NCBI GenBank assembly: GCA_023213395.1
Contig: CM041465.1
Span: 101,997,741 to 102,061,740, forward strand
From: Cycas panzhihuaensis
Lineage: Eukaryota > Plantae > Cycadophyta
Direction of reading: 5' to 3'
Length of the DNA stretch: 64,000 bases
A program made the position numbers and the translations under genes. The notes below the pieces were generated by a model. It searched no databases, was not told the DNA's origin, and worked only from the letters and a program-made list of their open reading frames with translations. Shown piece by piece: positions 38,501-52,199 of the stretch. The first letter of the stretch is position 1, and every line of letters starts with the position of its first letter.

Positions 38501-41500
38501 ACTCAAGAGACTCTTTAGAAGAGTTGGAGGATGACCTCTTATGATAGGTGATAAGAGGTTCCCCTATCTCATCACCTACGGAGGGTGGTGAAGTGGAAGA
38601 TGAGGTGATATGGCAGATTGCACGAGAGACATGAGCAATGACATACGAATTAGGAGGAGGGTTGGATTCCTCTATAGAAGAAGTTTCAGGCGAAGACTTG
38701 AAATGAGGGGAGTGCCCCCCTACTCATGTTTAGAAGGGATATGGGATGAGGAAGGTCCCCATCCTCACTGTTAAGCTCATTGTCACTAAGCATGGTGAGG
38801 TACCCATAACTCCCTACACTAATAAAGGTGAAACAAATAAGGTTCGAGGAAGAAGGGGAGGGGCCTTCTTCTAGGTAAGGCAAACTAGGAATGTCAATAG
38901 AACAAGTGGAGGCATGGGTAGAAGGGCCCTTATCATCCTTCGCCTGGTTGCGAACTTCTTGACAGAGTTGACGGGGTTGTTTGGTAGGAGGAGGCTCCCA
39001 AGGAATAACCCTTATTCATCCCTTATAGACGAATTTGAGTTGCACCTAATGGGATGAGCATGCAGCTCCCATTTGGTCGAGCCATGGGCATCTCAATAAG
39101 AGGTTGTAGCCTATGCCTACATTGAGGACTATAATATCAGTGAGGATAGTTTTGTCCTTGAGAGTAAGGGGAATAGATATCAATCCCAAAGGTGTCTTTT
39201 CATTACCATTATAGCCTTGACATTGCCATGGGACTAGTTCGAGGGCCAATATGCCAAGCTCTTGTATGATGCACAAGGGTATAGCATTGATGAAAGAATC
39301 ATTGTCTATAACAGTCCTTTGAAGGGTGCATTTGGGTTTGTCTATAGTTATGGTAAAGGGGTAGTGCCATTGACATTCCCTTTCACTAGATGGAGGGAGA
39401 TCTTTGGGATCAAATGAGATGATGGGCTCGCGACTTGGGGCAACATCGAAGGCATGAATAGATACATCAACTAAGCCTAAGGTTTCTAAAGGAAAAGCAC
39501 ATCGCTCAGGATAGCTTCTCAAGACGTCCATCATGGACATCCCCACAGCTATGGTGTGAAGCTCATCAACGAAGGAGAAGGGCTTCCCCTTCGTGATAGG
39601 TTGGGGAAACACCCTTCAGAAATCGTAATGACTAGGGCATATGGAAATAGTCTTGGGAAGCGTAAGAATTTCTAGAGGAGGGATTTCTAGAGGAGGATCA
39701 AGATGGGGAGTATAAGAAGAAGCACTTATTACTTCTTTGGCTACTTAGAACCAAGTTAAGGCATATAAAGGTGTGGTCTCAAGCACTTAGATGACTCTCT
39801 TTCCTTTGTTTTGAGATCAAGAGGGAGAAGGAGTTAGATGGTTGGGAGAGCCAGAAGAGGAGGAAAAGTTCCTAACCCCTTTCTTTTTAACTTGCATAGG
39901 GTGAGGGTTGGCAAACCTTCCTCTATTTCTGTTTGCCCTTTTGTTAGGTATTACGATCATGTTCCCCATGTTTGGAAAAAAGATCCTTGTAGATGGGTTA
40001 GTCTAGATTGGGTCTAAATGCCTGTTTAGGGGAAGAGTCACATTGTAGGGTGACTTTAGGGTGATGGTCTCTACATTGTAAGCCTTCATAAAAGCATTTC
40101 CCATGAATAGAACACCACTTCTTCTCTAAGGAAGAATCTATCTTCCTTGTTTGAGAAGGTTGGGTATTACCGCCCTTGGGAAATGTGGCTTGAGAGGCTT
40201 GATGGATAGGTTTGTGGAAAGTAGGCGATGAAGGGGCTTGGAGCTTCAACTCCTTCATTGTGCATTCGAAGGAACATATAGTAGAGGTTAAGGGGTCTAG
40301 GGTCTTCTCTGTCAGATGGGATAAAGACCTAGGAGGTTGTTGGACTTTAGTATCACGAGGTGGAGGAGGTGCCTCACATCGTTATGAGGACTTAAGAGGC
40401 TTCTTGAGACCCACTTGGATCTCAATAGCCTTAAGAGCCAAGCATTTGGCTATGGCAGAATCACATGTTGTCACCCACATTTTAAGGAATTCAACATGGA
40501 CTCCAAGGTGAAGGGCATTAACAAAGATATCTCTCTTTAATCCCTTAAGCAAATTTGCCTTTGTGGAGTGGAGAAGATCGTAGAAGCATCTCGTAAAGTC
40601 ATGATTCATCTCATCATGACCATTCTTGAGAGATAGGAAAGCCTTCATTCCGCTCTCGAAAGAATGAGTTATGTCAAAATAATTGACAAATTCATCAACG
40701 AGTTATTGGAATGAGTTGATAGAGTGCGCTGGAAGACGATAGAACCATTTAAGGACATCACCTTAGAGGGAGCGTAGAAAAAGTTTTATTAGGATATGGT
40801 TATACGCCCAATAATTGATGCATGCCATAGCAAAACTTCTAACCTGCTCCGTTGGGTTTTGTGAAGAGGTCCCATCGAATTTGGGCACCTTAAGAGAGTG
40901 AGGTAGTAAGTTAGTTCTATAATCCATAAAGGGGTGTTCCCTTGATTGGACCATAGGATCAACAAAAGATGGAAAAGGAGGTGGGCAAGGTTGCCTAAAT
41001 CCTCCTTGGGAGACTTGGTTTGGAAGGAGATACGTGCTTCCTCCCATTCGATGGGAGGGAATAAATCCCACATTCGAAGGGACTGGAAGAGGAGTAGGTG
41101 GGTATGAGGGATCCATCCCTCCTTAAGGATATGCTCCTTGATGAAAGGGTATATGAGAGGGGGCACCTTGGGAGGGGGCTTGCCCTCCTTGTAAAGGTGC
41201 CACATAAGAGGAAGAGTAAGACGATGGAATAGAAGGGTGCAGAATCAGATTTTGCCCATATGGGCCACCTATAGGTGGTGCGACGCCATATGTATACAAA
41301 GGATCCACTCCATAAATAGGAAGGGGATTTCCTTTACATTGCCCCCACAGTTGGGAAGTATATCCCAAGGGCACATAAAAGGAAGGATCCCTAAGTTGAG
41401 CTTGGGTATATGTGGGGATTGGCCCCACACAACTAGAGATAGGGGCATGCGTGGGTCCCCTAAATCTAATAGGAGGAGGATAAACTACTATCAGTTGGGG

Positions 41501-42142
41501 CATAGTTATTTGGATAGAGGGAGGCATACTCAACCTGAGTTAGGAAGAAGATATACCTTGGCTGGTCCCTAAGGAACATGGACCACAAGGAGAAGAAAAT
41601 GAAATGAGGGATGTCCTCGTTATAGGTAAGGGATTCGAATAAGATGGATGAGGTAGTGCAGATGTTGAAGGAAGCTCTATACTTTGTAAGATGTTATCCA
41701 ACCACTTAGGATGTGATTGGAGACTAGTGGCTTAGAAGCATTAGTTAAGGGCTTCCGCAACATCTGTGGGAGGGGTATCTGCCTGATCATATGAGGTGGA
41801 AGGGTCCTCATATGAAGAAGACTCCATAGGGTGATCCTCATTAGGATCACCACCAAGGTGATGATACTCCAAGGGAGATGATACCTCCACCTCATTACTT
41901 GAGAGGTGATGGACTTACGAGTGTTCTTGGTCACTCGGGTAAAAGACAGGGTCCTCACCCTCTTGGGTGGGCCCTTGGAAGGAAGTAGATGGTTGATGGG
42001 ACTTAGATACATAAGCATGATATGCCCAATCTGAAGGAAATCCTTCCATGGTCAATTTAGAATCTAATGATGGAAGAGGATAGTAAGGGAAGTCTTCCAA
42101 CGAAGGGGGAAGGCCTCGTAAACAATGAGAGAATCATCGCAT
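35530..42142 (-). pseudogene. gag-pol: gag-pol of element B (gag, CHHC knuckle, protease, RT, RNase H, integrase), with many stops and frameshifts
   Basis: PKFDGTSSQNP, WCSIHGKCFY, TVIDNDS, MPFRLKNVGATYQR, NYSTTEKECL, WPFSQWGLD, GPKWVGPF. Confidence 0.92.
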
Positions 42143-42290
42143 ACAAGTGCCTCCTAAAGATTAGAAGAAAAAGGAGATAGTAAGATGCAAGTATTAGGGG
42201 TTGCCCAATAAATCGAGGAGAGCTACCGAAAAGGAGGTAGCACCAACAGATTAGGGAGAAAGGATTAATCCCTTACTAGTGAGTCCTTAG

Positions 42291-42302
42291 TATGGTCGCC
42301 AG
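42291..42302 (-). other. PBS CTGGCGACCATA (probably tRNA-Arg)
   Basis: Begins 1 nt after the LTR terminal CA; TGG start complementary to tRNA CCA. Confidence 0.8.
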
Positions 42303-45300
42303 TGGAATCGCACCTCTTGGGGGAGGGGTCATTAAACTTGGATGAGATCGAGCCAAAATGGCTAACAGTTTTCATGGCTATGGACCTACGAGAACTAGTG
42401 AAAGAGATCACCCACAAAGGGCATTCGTGCATTAGAACACAGGTTCAAGGACCCACAAATGGCGCACAAACTCCTTTAGGGTAACTCCTCCTAGATTTGG
42501 AGTAACAGGTGGAAGAGGGATTTACTCGATTTCCTGAGTAACCTCAAAAGGGGGCCCTCCCATCTTGGATGGTTGAAGGAGGGAGGCAGGGAGTGAGAGA
42601 ATACCTCCTCATGTGAAGAGGTAACCGAGGAAATAAACCTTAGTAAGAAAGGAGAGAAACTCACATGTAAGCTTAAGGCAGCTTGTAACGTGAGTAGACA
42701 AGAGAGCGATTGGTTCCGCAAACTAAGCATTAACCAAAGGACGGAACCTAAGAGGTCTAACTTAGGGAAACAAAGGAAGAAGGAAAAAACAACCTTAAGA
42801 GGAGGTACTCTCAAGGCACTAGACCCAAGGAGGTTCTAGGTATAAAGGGTTAACAAAGGATGTTGTCCTATGTTTATCTTTCTTTTATTGTGTGATAGAG
42901 AGATATGAGGTGAGAATATCATGCTTGTGTATGCAAGAAATGATTTTAAAAGAAAATTAATGTATTCTTTCTCTCTCTCTCTCTAGATGTAACCTTGCTC
43001 TCTTTATTCTTTTATATGCAAGGAAAGAGAGCAAGTAAATTGCTAAGTAGGCAAAAAGCTGAAGCAAGAGATGCAAAGCTATTTTGTGATATGCAATAAG
43101 GGGACAAGAGTGTGTATAGATGAGTGCCTACCCACCTTACCTAAGCCTTGGTAAGGGTGAAGGCCCTTATAAAAGGAGTAAACAAGTGGGTGTGTGTGCG
43201 TCAAAAGAGAAGACAAGCACCTACCAGTGTGGGCTGACTAAATCCCCAACTATATGAATTTAAAGGGGCAAGCAAGAGATAACCAGTAAAGTGTAAAACA
43301 ATGTAATCCTTTCTTTTCCTTTTGTCTAGGGGTATATAACAAAAGGGGAGTAAAGGATAAGAGTAAGAAGACTAGGGAGAGAGACATACCCAGAAATACG
43401 ATGGTTAGGGTAGTGCTACCCTCACCACTCTCGCAATCCTTGGTCTTCTCGTTGTCACATGTGGTGCAACAGAAAGGATGCTCTTCTACTTTCCAGGAGG
43501 GGGCTTCCTTACCTTCCCCCAAAACTGGAACAAAAGGAAAATATGAAGAAAGAAAATGGAAACACTAAAATGACTTTACTTTACAATTTTTAAAGTGTTA
43601 GAAAAAGCAACTGCTAAGTGAAAGAGCAACATACCTGGGATGAAGATCCTTGCTTGCTCCAAATGCAAGGAAACTTGTACAAACTAAGCTCGTCATTTCC
43701 CAAGGGGCACCCAACATATGCGGGGACAAGTATGTGCAAGGAAATATGGCAAAATGTGTGTATCTCTTTTGAAAGAAAAAAAGCATTCAATGTTAATATT
43801 GCTTCTTATTATACATATATTGTTGAACATGTGATGTGAGAGAAGGGGGGTGAAAAGGAGAGAAATAGGTAGCCTCATAATGGCTAACCCTCCAAATCTA
43901 AAATGCTCCATGCTATCCCCAAGCACCAAGACAAAGGGTAAAGAGAGTGAACCAACCTGATAATAAGTGCAAACAGGTTTCTATGAAAGTAGACAAAAGC
44001 GGTAAAAGGGGTTACAAAAGTTGCAAATATTGCAAGAGTTACAAAGTGCAACTTTTGTAGATTTTTTATAAGAGTTAACCCAAAAAATGAAAGGGGTATG
44101 GAGTAGGGTTGAAACCTTAGCCATGTAGGATCTTTGATGGCTAGTTGCAAATGTAGCAATGGGCTACCTATGCTGCCACCAGTAGAGATCTTCTCCTCAA
44201 TGGCTCTCTACGAAATCAAGGGAGGTATGGAGAAGGAGAGAGGAGGAGAGAAGGGGGTTGCCCTTGAGGAGAAGGCATGTTGGGTGTAGGACCCCACCTA
44301 TAGCTCCTTTCCCACTTCATATAACCCTCTTCCCTGTTGCCTCCTTGAAGAACCCAAAGAGAACCAAGAAGGGGGAAGTGGATAGGCCAACAGGAGGGAG
44401 GGTTTACCTCCTGATACAATAGAGAAAAGAAGAAAGAAGCTCACTGCAAGGAGCACTAGTAGAAGAGTACCTATGTTATTCAAAAAGGAAATCAAAGGAT
44501 TGATCTAAGAGTACCTAGTAAAGGTAGATCTGAAGTAGATCTACCTAACAAACTAGGTGGAGAAGAGGGTGCTTTGGGATTTGTTGGAGGAAACCCTTGC
44601 AGTGTGGCGAATGGAGACCAAAACCTTGAGCAAAAGGAGACCTAAAGCTTGGTGAGCCGTTTAGAGCGTGATCTTTCTTCAGCCAACCTTGTTGCAGACC
44701 TGCGACCTATATTTCCTTAGCTGTAAGGGGCTAGTAGCTAGGTTTTCAGTTAGGTATAGTAGAGCTTAAGTATGTTATAGGGCATTTTTAGAGAAGAGAG
44801 TAGTGAAAATTGAATAAGAAGAAGTGGAAATGGGGTGGATTTTAGGTTTTTAAACCCAGCCCTAGTTTAACAAGCTATTAGGATTTGCTATGGGTGGGAT
44901 TTGAGTTACTACCATGTGGCAATTTCGTAATAAATATGAAATTAGCTACAAGTAGTTTAAAAAATAGTTATGAGCAGTCACCCCATAATTAACTTAGTAG
45001 TATCACGGAGTTTGTAGATCTACCATAAAGTTTACCACAGTGTAGGCAAAACCCAGATAAAAACAAGAGTGGGGGATCCTAGAAGCTCCCAAAAAGAGGG
45101 GATCCTAGACCCTAAGGTGCAAGCTAGAGTATCTAAGTAACAAGGAGGTTGCGAGACCTAATAGGACTACAACAAGTAGGAAAAGGATGGTCAACGACTC
45201 CTAAAAAGTGACAAAAGGTACACATGATGCGATGACTAGGCCTAGGCGAGGTGCTAGGGGCTATGTCATACTAATGAGTCATGCGGTATGGGTTGTAGAG

Positions 45301-45576
45301 GCCAAAAGGTACTTGGGGACATCATGGAGATGATGGCGGTGGGTTGTGGAGCACCATGGGATGTGTATCTCGAGATTGTCATAGGCTAAAAAGATGTTAG
45401 GATGCAAAATGGTCAAGCAACAAATGCATAGTGATTATGTAGTCAATCAATCAAAATACAATACAGGTAAAATGCTTCAATTCACCTTTTCTAAAACTGA
45501 CAAGGATGAGGGTAGAAGCATACCTAATCTTACCTGAGTTGGATTACTCGTGTCTATTCCTGGTAGCCAGGAAACA
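42303..45576 (-). repeat. Element B 5' LTR (~3274 bp)
   Basis: Colinear with 27310-30630. Confidence 0.9.
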
Positions 45577-46188
45577 ATCCCAAAGGTTAGGGCATGTACC
45601 ATGGGGCCACGTAAAGGGAAGAGTCCATTGGTTATGGATGAGGATGTATAGGGATGGGTCCCACGTGGCCTAAGGATTAGGGATGCGAGGGTTCCCTTGG
45701 TCATGTGAAAGGGGCATGGACCATGGTAGGTTGAGGCATACTTGCCTAGTTTGGAAGGGGCATGCTCAACCTAATTTGGGATATGGGTATATCCTAAGGA
45801 GCCCCTTGTACATGAGGGGCATGTTAAGAAGAGGAAACAATAGGAGCAAGTCCTATAATTTCCATGGACGGTGGTTGAGATGAAATAGAAGGACCTACAA
45901 TCATGTGTAAGTCATCTCTCTTCTAAGGGGTCTTCTTGATGCGAAATAAAAGGGGGTGACAAAGGTGTCCTTGAGTTGTCAAGTAGCCAGGGTAGGGCTC
46001 TCCTACCCTTAAGGTGAAAGAGGTTGAAGAAGATCTCCTTTTGAGGTGGAGACGAAAGGGTAAGGGTTCCTTATAAAAAAGAACCCTAGAGATAAAAATG
46101 AGGGGTAATGGTTGTTGATTTACTTAGCTTCTACTTATTCATTTATTTATTAGTTTAATGACAATAAGGAGTGAGCATAAGTAGGAGG
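45577..46188 (-). mobile_element. Right part of inverted family A copy D: gag 5' fragment, deletion, LTR 3' fragment
   Basis: Reverse complement of ~6190-6495, then of ~5100-5375. Confidence 0.8.
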
Positions 46189-49100
46189 TGGTATGTTCTT
46201 AGGAGGACCTAAACTAGATATCCCTCGATTTCTAAGGCATCATCTTTATCTCAATTAAAAGTAGGAGATATGGAGTTCAAGAAGTCTTAAGGAACCACCT
46301 TTGCCTAACTCCTGAGAAGGAGTCTTTACCTAATTATAAATGTAGAATGTGATGAAATACATAGATGTGAAAGGAAGGTAGTAGAATCCACTAGCCTACA
46401 AAACTAGGTAAAGGAGTTTAAGATTTAGAACTACACTAATAGTATTTTCAATATCCTTCCTAGGGACTCCTTTCATAAAATCTTTTCAACCTTTCAGGTT
46501 CTACTTAGATATAGGAAAGGGTAAGTAAATGGAAAATTCGTCCTTCTTATTTTACTCTTGTTTCATTTTCTTTTCCTCATTTGTGTTTGCTATGTTTGTT
46601 ATGCTCAACAAAGCAAAACAAAATGCATCAAAAGGCCTACTATACTTTCAATCAACAAATAAAGGAAAACTAAAACTAGATACATGCAAACTTTTTATGT
46701 CTTTTTCCTTTTTCTTTCAAAGATAAAAGATGCAAATGTAAATTTGAAATTATCCTTGTATATGCAATATATGCACCTTGTAAAGAATGGAAAGATACTT
46801 TTAAAGAGATATAATATACACAGTATGATTGTTTATGCAAGTTTTTCAAAGAGACCAATAACATGTAAAACTAGTTAATATACTTTGTGTTACACACATG
46901 GAACCATTTCTTTGAAAAAATGATGTATAATATAAAAATGAAAGAGATTTCGAAAAGATATTACTGCTATTTTTTAATGATTTTTTAGACCTATGGAATT
47001 ACATACAAATAATAAATCTAAACCATAACTCTCATACAAGGTACTAGTTTTGAAGGTTCTATCACATTTGGAGTAAGAGAGGCTCCAAGAGGATCATTAA
47101 ACCTTTAAAAAGCTAAAAAATTAGACATACATTTGCTATTCAACACTTTTAACTTTTCTTTTAAAGAAAGAAAAGGTAAACTTAAAAAGTGAAATCAAGT
47201 AAACCACAAAATTATGAGATTAAAACTTATTTCCTATTGCAAATAGATGTCTCTGAATGGCAATTTTTCTTTTAGTTGATCAATCTTTTCCAATGCTTTC
47301 CTTTAAAACAAATCAAGGAAGAGTACCAATAAATAAAAAAGGCTAAGCCACAGCCAAATAATACAAAAAAAGAGTGGCAAATTGCCTGAAATATAAATTG
47401 CTATTGAAGAATGGGAAGGGATAGCTAGATAAATAGTGGAGAGATGACCATGCTCCACCCTAGTCTAACCCTTATAAACCCCATAAAGGACTAGCCTCTC
47501 AATAAATATTTCAAAACCTAAAATAAATATAAGATTAATGCAATAATTAACCAAAGAAAAGAGTAAGTTTTGAGCAAAAACCACCTTCAAAATACTGTGA
47601 AATGAACTAAAAACTAAATAGGAAAGACCTTACCCATTTAGAAGAAGTTTGAAGCTTGAAACTTTAAGAAAAAATCTAAAGAATTGAAGCTTAGACGATC
47701 AACATTTGAATATCAGTAACACACGAAGTCACAACATAAAAAATCTTCCTTGATTCCATGCACAAGTATCTTCCAAATCTAAATTTTAATCACAACAATA
47801 AGAGTCTTTAAAATCTCTAAGAAAAACTCAAAACATCCACCACAAACTTGAACAAATCACATACTAATGCATCAACAACGAATCATAAAACCCTTGTAGT
47901 CATTCTTGGGCATCAAAGAGATAAGATTCTACTGAATTTAGGTGGTGGTATAAAAAATTTTGGCACACTAGCTGAGTTTTATATGCATGATAGTAAAAAA
48001 TGCAATCAGTTACAATTTTGGACCTATAAGAATGTGACTTTATTCTAAAAATGTGACAAATGTGGAGGTGAAAACTTACTTAAAAAAAGTCAAAATTTGA
48101 TATTAAAAATAAATTGAAGTATAAATGACTTGATAAATGAGTAAATAAACCCAAAATAAGGTGAAAATATTAAATACAAGCCCAAAAATAACAAAAATAA
48201 CAAAGTTGGATGAAATCAAGGATAAAACATAAAAATAACAAGTTTTAAAGGAGACATTAGGTTAAATTAATCATGAAGAAAAACATTTAGTTCTATAGTT
48301 TAAGTCATCAGTGGGTGATGATAAAAATATAGATCACATCATCGTTCATTATAAATCATCAAACAAGATTCTTACATTCCTTCATCAAAACATGGCCTAA
48401 TTCATGATCAAATAAGTCCATCATTTATTTTCTACGAAACCATATAATAAACATATCAAAACTTACAAATACCAACCAAATACAAATCAAAGGCCACATT
48501 TCGGTAAAACATTTTTCCCCTTGACACTTAAAGCTTCTATTCACAAAGAGAAATAAGATGGTAAGAGGTGGTAATAACAAAGTGATTGTTATTTTAGTTA
48601 AAGTAATGGGAATCAAATGAAATATATGAATGATGAGGTGACATATCTCTATGAACTAAACTAAAAAGAATTCCATAGAATAATAAAATATAAGAAAAAA
48701 CTCTCACTAGTAGGTCTACCCAAAAGGACTGGGTTTTTAATACCAAAAGGTCATTATTTACACCTTTTACTAAAAAAAGACTGGGCACTTAATGTCATCA
48801 AAAACCTGCCCAAAAGGACTAGGTATCTAATGTTAAAGAAAACTTATCTAGTGTCCACAAACTGGATGAAACTTCACTACCATATAACATGCTCATAAAC
48901 TAGATGGGACTTTACCATCAAATGATATGCCCATAAACTGGGTGGATCTTTACCATCAAATGCCCATAAACTAGATGGGACTCCACTATACAATTGGTCA
49001 TAATTTATCTCTCTTTAACCACGCATCAGAGGGAAGTCTTTTTGCCAAAGCAAAAATAATAGACGGTCATAGTTTACTGGCTCATTAATAGCTAAGTTTT

Positions 49101-49201
49101 TAGGGAAAACCATCATAGATTAACCTTATTAATGGGGTGAGGGCTTTTAGAGGTCAATTATTATAGTTTAACCTCATTAATAATCATATTCAAAGGGTTC
49201 C
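46189..49201 (-). mobile_element. Probable 3' end of an unrelated AT-rich LTR element (E): LTR ~46189-48511, PPT 48512-48525, 3' UTR with tandem repeats
   Basis: Family A homology stops abruptly at a TG (46189). CA at 48511 is followed by TTTTTCCCCTT (minus strand: AAGGGGAAAAA-TG). No second LTR is present in the window. Confidence 0.5.
48718..48995. repeat. Degenerate short tandem repeats (CCAAAAGGACTGGG-type x3; CATAAACTRGATGGGACTT-type x4, ~33-38 bp period)
   Basis: Directly visible. Confidence 0.75.
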
Positions 49202-50016
49202 TGAAACGCTCGCTACGGGGCGGTGATCCTATGTCTAGCAAAAGGATATAAGAGTACACTATGCTAACTAAGCTAGGCAATGAGGACCTCACCTCGCAGG
49301 GCATCCATGCGCCAGAGCGCGGATTCGGGACTGCAAGGTGCCTGGTTGCTTCCAGGTAGCCGTGCAAAACAAGGCCTTCCTACCCTTCGTATGGCCGGGA
49401 AGGAGAGAGAATGCCTTGCGCGTTGCATCTTCTCAAGGCAATGAGAAGGCAACGAATGGGAGGACAACTAACTAAGGTGTAGGTAAATGCAGGAAAAGGG
49501 ACGCAATGAGGGTAACTCGACTGCAACATGAGCGAACTATCTATGCTAAGCTATGCTAGATAAAATGAGAAACAATGTAAAAGATGAATACGCTTTCCCT
49601 TTTCCTTTATATTCCTTTACAATTTTCTAACTACTCAAGCAAATGCATGTAAGATAATAATGTAAAAGGGGATATACAGGAAGCGAGGGGAATACCTGGA
49701 TCCAGCTCCTAAATGGAGGTACGGCTCATCTCTCTAAGTCCTGATCCTTCCTTCTCTGTTCGTCGTGCATGCAATGCCGATCGGTGGTAATTACCGGAAG
49801 CGATGGACGAAGGGTCTACTTACCTCCCCTTAAGCATGCAAAATCAAATAAAGCAGAAAGAAACGAAAAAAGCTTGAAACTAAAGAAAGAAAGGCACTAC
49901 GTGGAACTAACCTGCAATGGGTTCGTCCCGTGTGTCGCTCCACCAATGCGTGATCCTGTAAACGGGTAAGAAGGACACCTTCCTCTCGAAAGAGAGGCCA
50001 CAACATATACCAAGAA

Positions 50017-50047
<31 letters not shown>

Positions 50048-51783
50048 AATCAAATGAAACTAAGATCTAAGCTAAGCATCGGAATATAACAAAATGAAAT
50101 AGCAACATATAAGAAATGCTCTCACCACCATGTACCACGAAAACACCTGAAAGGGAAAGGAGTATAGCCTCAGGATGGCTAACTCACCCACAGGAGACCT
50201 CCATGGAACTCGGGAAGGAAAACTAGTTGGCAATAAGGTAGTGAAGCAACAAATCTGTAACAAGGAAAAAAGAAGGACGCAACAAACTGGGGTTTACGTA
50301 GGGTCTAATACCAACAGGTGAGACTCCAATCAATGACGTAGTGACGAGCGCCTATGCTAATTGGAATACCCTAACTAAATCCCCTAAACTCCCTTAGCTC
50401 GTTCTCTAAGAAAGCGCAGATGGCAAAGGGAAAGAGGACAAGGGACGGGACCCTTAGGGAGAAGGACAGCAATAGGGGACGGAACCCTGCTTACCTCTCT
50501 CAAATCCTCGTATGTACTCCTTTACACTGGCTAACTAAGGAAAGAGTGAAAGGGATAGTTTAATGGAAAATGGAGGGGCTCCAAAGAAACAACGGGAAGA
50601 TACCCCTAATCTAGAGCAAGACCATGAGGAGAACTGTAGCTAACTAGGATCATATTCATTGAGAAATAAAAGAAATAGAAAAGAAAGTGATTGCAGGCAA
50701 AAAGCAAGAAGTACCTTGTATGGGGAAGATCAAGCATGCACTTTGCTACTGGGAACAGCAGTAATAAACAACATATAGGGACTGATCATAAGTGGTTCTT
50801 GCAAGAGTGTGGATGAAGAAAACTCCTTACAAGTTTGGAGCCTTGGAAGTTGGCTCTTGAAGCAGCTTTTGGGTGAAGAAGTCCCTTGAATCCTTGAGCA
50901 CCTGCAAAGAAGAATGGAGCTTGCTGTGGAGAGCTGTAGGGGACAGCAATGGCCCTGCAAGTCTAGCTGATGGTAGCCCACTTCACCCTTTGTCCAATTG
51001 CTATGTATGTGGTTTTTTTTTTTCTGTGTCTTTTTTTGTGTGAAAGCTAGAAGTTCTCCTTAGAAGTTTAAAAATTGGCAAAAAGATCTAAAAAATGGGG
51101 AGTAAAATCCCCTTTATCCCCCCTGTTCATGGCAGGTGAACGTTGGGGATGTCAGGGCGACTCGAATCAATCAATGCCACGTGGCAGTTTCGCGGAAAAA
51201 CGGAAACTGTCACATGGTTCTCTTTTTTATTAAATTTCAAACAGTCGTACCGCGGCAAACTCTGCGGTACCGCTAAGTTTATAGCGGTATCAGGTTGGAA
51301 ACAAAAAAAGAGAAAAATGAGCAGAAATATCAGGTTTTGGAGCAAAAATCAAGGCTAAACATAAGTTAGAGCGGTGAGGAATGCCTGTGCAATGGGCAAG
51401 TACCCAAAATAATGCAAAGAGTCCTAACTAAGGATTAAATCAGGCTTAAGAAGGACTACAACATAAGCAACACGTTGTAACGAGAGCAAATAGGACTGAC
51501 GAAAACATCCCGAGAGACCGTGGAGACAATGTGGGTGGCTGTGCGCCATACGGGGTGTAGCATTCGCTACGGAATGCCCCTGCTGTGAGTCGTCATAGGC
51601 TGATGGTGTGCCGTAAGCACATGCATTATGAGCAAGTAGAAAAGTAATGCGTGCAAGCAGCCATATGTCAAGCATCCTACTCTAAATAACCTCAATCAAG
51701 CATGGGCAAGAAAAGTTAAGAAAGTATACCTGAACAAACCTACATCGATGCGTCTCGAGTCCATTCCCAGTAGCTGGGAAACA
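49202..51783 (-). repeat. Element C 3' LTR (~2582 bp); PPT at 51784-51795
   Basis: Plus strand TGAAACGCTCG...GGGAAACA, followed by CTACCCCCTTGG. Confidence 0.88.
51175..51186. promoter_or_regulatory. Palindromic G-box TGCCACGTGGCA in LTR U3
   Basis: Perfect 12-bp palindrome; deaminated TGCCATGTGGCA at the equivalent place in the B LTR (29966-29977). Confidence 0.55.
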
Positions 51784-51865
51784 CTACCCCCTTGGCAGTA
51801 GAGCCTCACTGCTCGGAAGCGTAACGTGATGGCGAATACTGATAATCAAAGATATGAGTAGTACA

Positions 51866-51868
<3 letters not shown>

Positions 51869-51938
<70 letters not shown>
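51869..51938. repeat. (TA)n microsatellite
   Basis: Directly visible. Confidence 0.95.
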
Positions 51939-51941
<3 letters not shown>

Positions 51942-52199
51942 CAATAAAGAGTAGCACGTGGACCAAGGGCGTAGGCGAGTGTCGTGGCAGAACGCATGGA
52001 CAAGGGAGATGGAGACAAGGACAATGTAGGGGCTGCCTACGCGTCGTCTAACATCGACCTATAACTGAAATAAGCAAGTAAAAGGGGATGCCCCCGTTGC
52101 CGAAGTATAACACGAAGTAGGAGGGCATCTAGCAAATAGAGCAAGCAATCTAAGTAATAGCAACCAGAGACTTGGGCACGGGCTAGCCAGGTAAGCCTC

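Larger units (their letters stand above)
27310..45576 (-). mobile_element. Full-length Tat-type Ty3/gypsy element B (~18.27 kb), degenerate, nested in gag of copy D
   Basis: Two ~3.3-kb LTRs (TG..CA), PBS, PPT and gag-PR-RT-RH-INT. The flanks rejoin as contiguous family A gag with a 5-bp overlap (GCCCT/ATCCC, a decayed TSD). Confidence 0.92.

Noticed and set aside
42491-45500. ORFs repeated in both B LTRs (e.g. 42491-42814 and 27481-27819) as an Ogre-like ORF1 or env
   Set aside because: Their recurrence is explained by LTR duplication; no recognisable domain and no evident counterpart in the A or C LTRs.
48718-48995. Repeat-spacer-like array suggesting CRISPR
   Set aside because: The repeats are degenerate and nearly contiguous, there are no unique spacers or cas genes, and the context is eukaryotic TE DNA.
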